From the NCBI GenBank assembly GCA_038226425.1, contig JBBRQL010000003.1, positions 1 to 46,808 on the forward strand: a stretch of 46,808 bases of DNA, read 5' to 3'. Both the position numbers and the translations under genes were made by a program. The notes beneath the pieces are model-generated. The model had not been told where the DNA came from. It did no database searches and saw only the letters and a list, made by a program, of their open reading frames with translations. Positions 39,551-46,808 of the stretch are shown here, one piece after another. Positions within the stretch are counted from its first letter, which is position 1. Each line of letters begins with the position of its first letter. The stretch is from Verrucomicrobiota bacterium. GTDB lineage: Bacteria > Verrucomicrobiota > Verrucomicrobiia > Limisphaerales > UBA9464.

Positions 39551-40855
39551 TCAGCGGGAACCGAACGCGTACAGGTTCTTGGCGGTGCGGAAGAAGACCA
39601 TGCCCTGGGCCGCGGCGACGCTGCCTTTGCACGGGCCTTCGCCTTCGAACGTGCACGTGCCGAGGATCTGGAACTCGTCGCCGGTGCCCACCACGCTGGC
39701 GACACCGTCCTCGCTCACGACGTAGATCTTGCCGTCCGCGCCGGTGGGGGAGCTCCAGATGGGGCCGGTGCCGGGAAGCTTCCCGCTCCACTTCTTCTCG
39801 CCGGTCTTCGGATCGAGCCGCGAGAGCACGCGTTTGCCGCCGTCGAGCACGAACAGCTTGCCTTGGTAGAGCAACGGCGTGCTCCAGTCGGTCGGGTTCT
39901 CGGTGAACTTCCAGGCGACATGGGTGCCGGTGACGTCGCCCTTGCCGCCATCCTTGAAGGCGACCACCGGCTGGCCCTTCGGTCCGCTGGCGTAGATGAG
40001 CCCGTCGGCCGCGAGCGGCGAGGTCACGATGCGGTACCAGTCGTCGCGCTTCTCGTACAACCGCGCCCGCCAGAGCTCCGTGCCGTCCTTCGGATCATGG
40101 CCGCTCACGTGGTCGCCGCCGACGACCAAGATCTCGGCGCCGTTCTTGCCGCGGTACGGGATCGGCGTGGCGTAGGATTCGTGGGATTCCTTGGTCGAAT
40201 CAGTCGTGCGGACGTGCTTCCACAGCGTCTTGCCCGTCGCCGGATCGAGCGCCAGCAGATAGGATTCGCGCTGCGGCTTGCCGTCGAAGAGCGGGTAATC
40301 GGACGGCAGCTCGTCGCGCTGGAGGACCGGCACGATGAGCCGGCCGTCCTGGAGCAACGGGCTGGCGCCGTAGATCCACATGATGCCGAAGCTGCCGTGG
40401 TCCTTCCCGAGGTTCCGCTTCCAGAGCTCCTTCCCGGCGAGGTCGAACGTCGCGAGGTCGCCCGTGCCGTAGAGGATCGTCACCCGTTCCCCGTCCGTGA
40501 CCGGCGACGGCGCGGCCATGTTGTTACGGCCGACATCCTTGTCGCCGACGGCCACCGTCCGCGCCCACAGCTCCTTGCCCGTCTTCCGGTCGAGGCACAG
40601 CAGGACCAGCTGCTTCTGCGCGTCGGCGGTGCTGACGAAAACCTTGTCGCCCCAGACCGCGGGCGTGGCACCGCTCTTGCCGGGCATCGGCGCGACCCAT
40701 GCGGCGGATTCCTTGGCCAAGGTCGCCGGAAGCCCGGTGGCCTTCGCCGAGCCGTCGAAGTTCGGTCCGCGCCATTGCGGCCAGTTCTCGCCGGAACCGG
40801 CATGGAGAGCGACGGCTAACGTGAGGCCCGAGGCGAGCAGCGCGATTGGTTTCAT
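39551..40855 (-). CDS. PQQ-like beta-propeller protein (BamB-like, PVC-expanded family)
   Basis: Signal peptide, ENWPQWRGP, repeated LD..TGK.LW and SSP motifs. Confidence 0.9.
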   Translation of the reverse strand: MKPIALLASGLTLAVALHAGSGENWPQWRGPNFDGSAKATGLPATLAKESAAWVAPMPGKSGATPAVWGDKVFVSTADAQKQLVLLCLDRKTGKELWARTVAVGDKDVGRNNMAAPSPVTDGERVTILYGTGDLATFDLAGKELWKRNLGKDHGSFGIMWIYGASPLLQDGRLIVPVLQRDELPSDYPLFDGKPQRESYLLALDPATGKTLWKHVRTTDSTKESHESYATPIPYRGKNGAEILVVGGDHVSGHDPKDGTELWRARLYEKRDDWYRIVTSPLAADGLIYASGPKGQPVVAFKDGGKGDVTGTHVAWKFTENPTDWSTPLLYQGKLFVLDGGKRVLSRLDPKTGEKKWSGKLPGTGPIWSSPTGADGKIYVVSEDGVASVVGTGDEFQILGTCTFEGEGPCKGSVAAAQGMVFFRTAKNLYAFGSR

Positions 40856-41030
40856 GGATGCGGAGGTCTCTTACCGCGCGGATGGACCCGGACGGAAGCA
40901 GGGAATTCAAACCCATCGCGACGGTCTCGTCCCGGCACGGCCGAAGCCGGGATGGAGACTGGTCCGATCTGAAGTGGCGGACACGGGACGGGCACCGCTC
41001 TTGTTCTGAAGAAACACCGGCCGGAGAGAG

Positions 41031-41118
41031 AATTTGGAAAACAGGAAAGCAGGAAACCTGACGCGACAGAAACTTGGCGTTTTGTCCGCTCCGTTCCTGT
41101 TTTCCTGCTTTCCAGATT
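41031..41118. repeat. AT-richer imperfect inverted repeat (25-bp arms)
   Basis: AATTTGGAAAACAGGAAAGCAGGAA … TTCCTGTTTTCCTGCTTTCCAGATT in a divergent intergenic region. Confidence 0.7.
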
Positions 41119-41331
41119 TAATTTTCTACAGAGCAAATCGCTCCCTGCTGCATCGCGGATCCGCGACCGGCACCCGCCGCCTCGTCCCGCTCGTCCAAGC
41201 TTCGTCGCACGCTGAGTCCGACCCGGTGACCCAGCAGGCCGGCAATCGGTGCCCGAAATCCGCCACGTCGGATCGCGTCCGCCCCAATCGGCCCATTGCC
41301 GATCCGCCGGACCTTGGCTAGACATCAACAC

Positions 41332-42351
41332 ATGTCGCCCAAGTTCATCTCCTTCGCCCTCGGACTGATCATCGGCGGCGTGGTCACCGCTGGGTTCTTC
41401 GCCACCCGCAGCCATGGACCCGGGCAGTCGGCAAACCACGAGGCCGCGGCGCACCCCTCAGCGGACGCCGGCGGCGCCGGGGCCGAGACCGACTCCTCGC
41501 TCGCCAAAGCCAAGGAGCAGCTCGCGCGGCTCGAAGCCGACAACCTCCAGCTCGCCACGCGCGTCCAGGACCTGCTGAAGAAGGACGACGCGGCCACCAC
41601 GGCTGCCGCAAAAAAAACCGATGCGGGGAACCCCTTCGCAGCGCTGTTCGGCCAGGACGACGGCAACACCAACGGCATGGCGAAGGCCATGAAGGGGATG
41701 ATGGAGTCGGCGTTGAAACAGCAGCTCGAAGGCAAGCTCGCACAGATCCATGCGAAGGTCGGGACGACGCCCGACCAAGAGCAGGCCATCCGCGAGATCC
41801 TTGAAAAGCAGGCCAACGTCAGCCGCGAGATCAGCCAGAAGATGATGAGCGGCAAGATGACCAAGGAGGAGATGGCCGAATCCGTCCGCCAACAGGGCGA
41901 CCCTGAGGCGCAGATCAAGGCCCTGCTCAGCCCCGAGCAGCAGACCGCCTACACGGAGCTGAAAGTCGAGGAGCGGCGCACCAACGCACGTCTGGTCGCC
42001 AACTCCGAGCTGCTCCAGATGCAGCAGGTCGTCGGCGGCATCGACCAGGCGCAACAGGACAAGATCTTCGAGGTGCTCTATTCCCAGACCGAGCGGACGT
42101 TGACCGGGCCGGTGCCGACGACCGACGGCACCACCGGTGGCGAAGCCGCGAAGCCCGTGGACATGCGGTCGTTGTCGGAGCAGAAGCTCGCCGCGCTCAA
42201 AGGCGTGCTGACCGATGAGCAGTACGGCCGCTACAAGGAGCTCCAAGAGCAGCAGATCAAGATGTTCGAGGCGTTCATGCCCAAAGACGGCAAGGCCGGC
42301 GACACCACCCCCCGCGACATCCAGGTGATCACGGTGCCGGCGAAACCCTGA
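41332..42351 (+). CDS. Membrane-anchored alpha-helical hypothetical protein with LTxxQ (Spy/CpxP-like) repeats
   Basis: N-terminal TM, coiled coil, TTPDQEQAI / LLSPEQQTAY / IDQAQQDKI / VLTDEQYGRY. Host-like codon usage. Confidence 0.7.
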   Translation: MSPKFISFALGLIIGGVVTAGFFATRSHGPGQSANHEAAAHPSADAGGAGAETDSSLAKAKEQLARLEADNLQLATRVQDLLKKDDAATTAAAKKTDAGNPFAALFGQDDGNTNGMAKAMKGMMESALKQQLEGKLAQIHAKVGTTPDQEQAIREILEKQANVSREISQKMMSGKMTKEEMAESVRQQGDPEAQIKALLSPEQQTAYTELKVEERRTNARLVANSELLQMQQVVGGIDQAQQDKIFEVLYSQTERTLTGPVPTTDGTTGGEAAKPVDMRSLSEQKLAALKGVLTDEQYGRYKELQEQQIKMFEAFMPKDGKAGDTTPRDIQVITVPAKP

Positions 42352-43798
42352 CGCTCGTCGCCGGCTCGACCACCGACGCGACCTCGCCCCGGGCCAGACG
42401 CGTGCTCAGACGTCGACCGGGCGCGAGCCCGGCCGCGTCGCGGACCACCGCGCCGGATTCCGCATCGAGCGTGATGGAGTAGCCGCGCTGCAGCACGCTC
42501 AGCGGCGAAAGCAGGCGCAACCCGTCGCCGAGCCGCGCCACGCCTTCCTTCTTTTCCGCGAGCCGGTCCTGCATGAGGCCCGACAAGCGCCGCACCAACT
42601 CGGCGAGCTCGCGACGTCGCCGCGCGATGGCGGCAGCGGGCTTGAGCGCCGAAAGCCGGCCCGCGAGGTTGGCCACTTGGGCCTGGCCCGGCTTCGTCGC
42701 CGTCCGACCCATGCGCGCCAGGGCGGACGCAAGATCGTCGAGCCGTTGTCCGCGTTCTTCGAGCCGACGTCGCGGATGCGCACGAAAGAAACGCCGCGCC
42801 AACCCGCGCCCCTCTTCCTCCGCATGGACGAGCCGCCGCCGCACCAACTGACGGAGCCGCTGCCCCACCGCGGCGACGAAGCCCGCGCTGTCCACGTAGG
42901 CCTGGGTCAGGATCTCCGCCGCGGCGCTCGGTGTGGCGGCGCGCAGGTCCGCCACGAGGTCCGCGATGGTGAAATCGATCTCGTGCCCGACCGCCGAGAT
43001 GACCGGCACCGCCGACGCCGCGATCGCCCGCGCGACGATCTCCTCGTTGAAGCACCACAGGTCCTCCAACGAACCGCCTCCGCGCGTGACCAGGATGACA
43101 TCGAGCCGCGGCATCGCACGATCGTCCTGGACGACCGACCCGCTGGCTTTCCCGCCTGCTTCCCCACCCGCGGACCAGCGGTTGAGCAGCCCGATCGCCC
43201 CGGCGATCTCGGCCGCCGCCCCCTGCCCTTGCACCCGCACCGGGACCAGCACGAACTCGATGCCCGCGAAACGCCGTCCGACGACGTGCAGCACGTCCTG
43301 GATCGCCGCGCCGGTCGGCGACGTGACCAATCCCACGCGGCGCGGGAACTCCGGGATCCGCCGCTTCCGCTCCGCGGCGAACAAGCCCTCCGCGTCGAGC
43401 TTCGCCTTCAACCGCTCGAACGCCGCCTGCAACGCGCCCACGCCTTGCGCCTCCGCCGAGGTGACGCGCATCTGGTAGGTGCCGCGCGGTTCGTAGACGG
43501 TCAGCTCGCCGCCGAGCAGCACGTGCGCGCCGTCCCGGAAGAACGCGCGCTCCACGCTCGCCGTGCCGCGGAAGAGCACGCAGTTGAGCTGCGCACCGGC
43601 GTCCTTCAGCACGAAGTAGGCGTGCCCGGACGATTGCAGGCGCCAGTTCGAGATCTCGCCGCTCACGAAGACGGAGCCGAATTCTTTCTCGACCAGCCGC
43701 TTCACCCGCGCCGTGAGGTCGGTGACCGACAACACCTGCCGTGTCTCCGCCGCCGGGAAGAGCTCACCGAAATCCCACTGCGATCTGCTACGCGCCAT
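42329..43798 (-). CDS. xseA: Exodeoxyribonuclease VII large subunit
   Basis: VSGEISN, SSGHAYFVLKD, VTSPTGAAIQD, VRVQG, RGGGSLEDLWCFNEE, SAVGHEIDFTIAD, ATPSAAAE, LSPLSVLQRGYS. Start at ATG 43798. Confidence 0.96.
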   Translation of the reverse strand: MARSRSQWDFGELFPAAETRQVLSVTDLTARVKRLVEKEFGSVFVSGEISNWRLQSSGHAYFVLKDAGAQLNCVLFRGTASVERAFFRDGAHVLLGGELTVYEPRGTYQMRVTSAEAQGVGALQAAFERLKAKLDAEGLFAAERKRRIPEFPRRVGLVTSPTGAAIQDVLHVVGRRFAGIEFVLVPVRVQGQGAAAEIAGAIGLLNRWSAGGEAGGKASGSVVQDDRAMPRLDVILVTRGGGSLEDLWCFNEEIVARAIAASAVPVISAVGHEIDFTIADLVADLRAATPSAAAEILTQAYVDSAGFVAAVGQRLRQLVRRRLVHAEEEGRGLARRFFRAHPRRRLEERGQRLDDLASALARMGRTATKPGQAQVANLAGRLSALKPAAAIARRRRELAELVRRLSGLMQDRLAEKKEGVARLGDGLRLLSPLSVLQRGYSITLDAESGAVVRDAAGLAPGRRLSTRLARGEVASVVEPATSVRVSPAP

Positions 43799-43860
43799 GC
43801 CCGACGAGTAAACGGTCGGCACGCTGGACGGACAAGCGGCAACGAGGATGGACCTGCCGA

Positions 43861-44026
43861 TCGGGACGCATCTGGCACCCGTGGTCGCCGGTGCTGCCAA
43901 TGTGCTGCCGTGCGTCTCGCCGGCAGAAGGCGCGGATGGAGACACGCGGGAAGATTTCCCCGGCCCCGGCTTCGGCAAGCCCCTGCCAGCAAGATGCTGG
44001 CAGCACGCTGCCCCAAGCCTCACCCC
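43861..44026 (-). repeat. ~160-bp dispersed palindromic element, copy 2
   Basis: Reverse-complement match to 29410-29570. Confidence 0.88.
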
Positions 44027-44057
44027 AGCACGGTGAAAAGATGCACCCCGATCGAGA

Positions 44058-44759
44058 TCAACGACGCCGATCTTCCGCCCGATCGATCACGCCAATTCCC
44101 GCAGGCGCCGAAGACCGGTCACGGATCTCTGCTCGCAGCTCATCGATCCGCCGGTCCAGTTCAGGACGCGCCGGCCACACTCGGGCCAACGATTCCAATG
44201 CCCGCAACTGCGCCGACGGGTCGGTGCTCGTGAGGTCCTTCAGCGCGTGCGCCAGCAGCGCTTCCGGCAAGGCATCGCCCAGGCTCGTGACCGCTTGGAG
44301 GGCAAGCCCGTGGTTGGCAGACCGCGGATCGGTCAACGCAGCGGCGAGCACCGGCAACGCCTCGCCCGCGTCCCGGTGGTTCAGCAGCCCGATGGACGCC
44401 GCCGCGCCGCGGAAGCGCTCGTCCAACGGCCGGGGAAACCGTCGCCGGATCCAGCCCGGCAACTGGTCGCGCGCCGCCCGGTAGAGCTTGCCGACCGAAG
44501 TATCCTTTCGGACCAACGCCCGCGCCAATGCCGCGGCCGAGACATCGCGCCGATCGAGCTGGCGCTCCGATAGCACCGCGGTCGACTTGCCGCCCGCGAC
44601 ACCCGCGATCCAAGCCGTCGCGATGCGGTCTTCCAAGGCCGTCGATGACGGCTTCCGCCAGACGACCCAGAACGCGGAACCGACCACCACACCGAGCACC
44701 ACCCACCAGCGCCACGAACGCGGCAGGCCCGTCCCGGCGGATGGCGCTGCCGTGTTCAC
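44058..44759 (-). CDS. Hypothetical membrane protein with HEAT-like helices (233 aa)
   Basis: GTG overlaps the ymdB stop (GTGA). TM (WRWWVVLGVVVGSAFWVVW), then ALPVLAAALTDP, ALQAVTSLG, LRALESLA. Confidence 0.6.
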   Translation of the reverse strand: MNTAAPSAGTGLPRSWRWWVVLGVVVGSAFWVVWRKPSSTALEDRIATAWIAGVAGGKSTAVLSERQLDRRDVSAAALARALVRKDTSVGKLYRAARDQLPGWIRRRFPRPLDERFRGAAASIGLLNHRDAGEALPVLAAALTDPRSANHGLALQAVTSLGDALPEALLAHALKDLTSTDPSAQLRALESLARVWPARPELDRRIDELRAEIRDRSSAPAGIGVIDRAEDRRR

Positions 44760-45541
44760 GCCGGCAAGACCTCGGCGACGCGCACGATCGTCCGCGTCCG
44801 GCCGGTGGCCTCGTCGATGTCCAGCACGCAACCGTGGAGCCGCACGTCGGTCTCGCAAACGCCGAACCGTTGCGGCGTCTGCTTGAGGAAGCGCTCGACG
44901 ATCGGCGCCCATTCGCGGCCGAGCACTCCGCCGTGCCCGCCGGTGAAGCCCGCGTCGCTCAGGCACGCCGTGCCGCCGGGAAGGATCCGTTCGTCCGCCG
45001 TCTGGACGTGCGTGTGCGTGCCGATCACCGCGCTCACCTGGCCGTCCAGGAACCAGCCCAACGCGATCTTCTCCGACGTGGCCTCGGCGTGGATGTCGAT
45101 GAAGATGACCGGTGTCTGCGCGCGCAGCTTGGCCAACTCCGCGGCGGCGACGGTGAAGGGATTCTCCAGCGGCGGCATGAAGGTGCGCCCTTGCAGGTTC
45201 AGCACGGCCACCGGCGGGAGGCCCGGCCGGGTGACGACGATGCTGCCCTGACCCGGCACGCCGGCGGGATAGTTCGCGGGCCGGAGCACGCGCGGATCCG
45301 CTTCGACCAACTGCGCGGTCTCCTTCTGGTCCCAGACGTGGTCGCCGGTGGTGATGACGTCCACGCCCGCGGCGAAGATCTCCCTCGCGGTCGCGGTCGT
45401 GATCCCGGCGCCGCCGGCGGAGTTCTCGCCGTTGGCGATGACCAGATCGAGGCCGTGCTGCTCGCGGAGGCGGGGCAGCAGGACCTTCACGGCCTTGCGG
45501 CCGGGTCCGCCGACGACATCGCCGATGAAGAGGATTTTCAC
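44756..45541 (-). CDS. ymdB: YmdB-like metallophosphoesterase
   Basis: ILFIGDVVGGPGR, ANGENSAGG, TTGDHVWD, LRPANYP, DIHAEATSEK, GTHTHVQTADE, SDAGFTG. Confidence 0.95.
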   Translation of the reverse strand: MKILFIGDVVGGPGRKAVKVLLPRLREQHGLDLVIANGENSAGGAGITTATAREIFAAGVDVITTGDHVWDQKETAQLVEADPRVLRPANYPAGVPGQGSIVVTRPGLPPVAVLNLQGRTFMPPLENPFTVAAAELAKLRAQTPVIFIDIHAEATSEKIALGWFLDGQVSAVIGTHTHVQTADERILPGGTACLSDAGFTGGHGGVLGREWAPIVERFLKQTPQRFGVCETDVRLHGCVLDIDEATGRTRTIVRVAEVLPA

Positions 45542-45706
45542 GACGCGGAGCCTGCGGGCAGCCGGGAGACGGAGGCAAGCCGCCGGAACCGGGCCGAAGA
45601 CGGTCGACCCGCGCTCCGAAGTGCCGGACAGTTGTGGGAGAGCAAGTACCGGCCGGAACGATCAAAGGAGCGGAAACGTGGGTTGCGCCCCTTCATACGA
45701 TCGCGT

Positions 45707-45783
45707 GGTAGGGCGACGCTCCTGCGGAGCCCTTGCGAGTTGACGGGCCGCCCTTTGCTCAGCGGCTCGGCAGGAGCCCTACC
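45707..45783. repeat. GTAG-type REPIN, copy 2 (5-nt deletion in the right arm)
   Basis: Near-identical to 39447-39528 and about 107 bp from the RAYT remnant. Confidence 0.9.
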
Positions 45784-45889
45784 TGCGCCTTCGTTCTTCC
45801 CCGATTCCAGAGCCTCGGCATGCCTCTCGATTTCAGGCTTTCACGTCCGTCACCTCTGATCGCACCCGTGCCGGTGACGGCCGGCCGCG

Positions 45890-46193
45890 CTAAGGCGTGA
45901 TCAAAAGTTGACCAAAGAGCTCATGCCGCCGGTTGAACCGATTGATGTAAACGCCCAGAAACCAATTCATGCCCGCGACCCGATTCGGCTGCGGCGTCTC
46001 GAGCACCCGATGAAAATAATCCGGCGTGAGGACGAAGGCGTGGCCCTCCTCACCGGTCTTCACGCGCGGCTCGGCCAGCTTCGCGACGAAACGGTGCCGG
46101 TCCACGTCGTCCTTGAAGTTGGGGCCACGCTGGCCACCGCGATTCAGCACTTTGAAAACCGCCCCGATACTGGACTCTAAACTTTCGAGCCAT
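45890..46193 (-). pseudogene. Degraded REP-associated tyrosine transposase (RAYT, Y1_Tnp)
   Basis: ATG at 46193 gives MARKFRVQY, then a frameshift into GAVFKVLNRG…FKDDVDRHRF…HAFVLTPDYFHRVLETPQPNRVAGMNWFLGVYINRFNRRHELFGQL. HUH motif is decayed (DYFH) and the gene is truncated before the catalytic Tyr. Confidence 0.85.
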
Positions 46194-46297
46194 GCTGGGA
46201 GCATGGGCGTCACACCCTCATGTGCCATTATAAAAAACTGACCTGTTTATTGCATACCAGAAAATGCAGCTCGGCCGAATCCGGTTGACCAATCCGC

Positions 46298-46807
46298 TCA
46301 CCGATGTCGATCACGGCGCCACTGATCCAGCGACTCTCGCAAGCGTGCCCGGTTTGCCTCATTTGCGAAAACACCTGAAGTCACCGCGTTCGCGATTAAT
46401 GGCACCGACGCTTCATCTCGCACCATCAGAACCCATTCATTGGGGAAGGCTCCGACGTCGATCAGCGCTTCCTGTGTCCATAGGAGCAACTCCGCGCTCG
46501 CTTGTGCCAGACCCATATGTGATAGCGATGCCCATGCAGCAACGACGGTCATCTCCTGGTCACCACCTTTGCGAATTGCTTCAGCCAACACCGGCACGGC
46601 AGTAGGATTCGTCACTTCGCTTAAAGCATCGAACGCGACCAAAGCAGACCGGGTTTTTCTCACCTCAAATTCTTCTATTGTGCGACCGCCCACGAGCACA
46701 TCGGTGAGCAGTAGCCGGACCGCGGATGGTGCTCCTACCCGTGCGAGGCTAAGACCAATTGACTCCTTCAACCTCTCGTCAGTAGTATGAGACCACGCAT
46801 TCTCCAA
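46298..46807 (-). CDS. HEAT-repeat-like hypothetical protein (5' partial), lower GC
   Basis: Open to the window edge, with SLARVGAPSAVRLL, ALSEVTNPTAVPVLAEA, VRDEASVPLI. Many A/T-ending codons. Confidence 0.65.
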   Translation of the reverse strand: MENAWSHTTDERLKESIGLSLARVGAPSAVRLLLTDVLVGGRTIEEFEVRKTRSALVAFDALSEVTNPTAVPVLAEAIRKGGDQEMTVVAAWASLSHMGLAQASAELLLWTQEALIDVGAFPNEWVLMVRDEASVPLIANAVTSGVFANEANRARLRESLDQWRRDRHR

Positions 46808-46808
46808 C

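Noticed and set aside
45542-45890. 6S RNA or rny upstream of ymdB
   Set aside because: The region is occupied by a promoter-like sequence, a REPIN and the RAYT remnant. No 6S-like long hairpin was recognised.

Overview
High-GC bacterial chromosomal window, most likely Verrucomicrobiota (PVC). The taxonomy is inferred from a PVC-type heme-binding protein, an 'ENWPQWRGP' beta-propeller, and secreted proteases with a Verrucomicrobia-like C-terminal domain. The standout feature is the 3' end of a type II secretion / type IV pilus-like operon (1-13984). It encodes a PilN/GspL-like protein, a PilO/GspM + GspC/PilP-like fusion, a 3953-aa giant secretin and a candidate pilotin-like lipoprotein. By my manual count the secretin has an N0 domain, about 43 tandem KH-like Secretin_N domains (canonical GspD has 3), and a normal C-terminal secretin core. 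The rest of the window holds tRNA-Leu(UAA), yajQ, glycerate kinase, a trypsin-like protease, a GcvT-family oxidoreductase, a PVC cytochrome c protein, a MacAB-like ABC exporter operon, an S8 subtilase, miaE, a polar amino-acid ABC importer, an RluA-family synthase, cimA, a PQQ-like propeller, xseA, ymdB and a degraded RAYT transposase. Two further systems are well supported by the sequence: an AbiEii-type toxin/antitoxin pair translationally coupled inside the exporter operon, and an Ile-codon leader-peptide attenuator in front of cimA. Several REP/REPIN-like repeat families occur in the intergenic spaces, and many genes show a -10 box 6-7 nt before the start codon, suggesting leaderless mRNAs. 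All assignments come from reading motifs by eye; no database searches were run.
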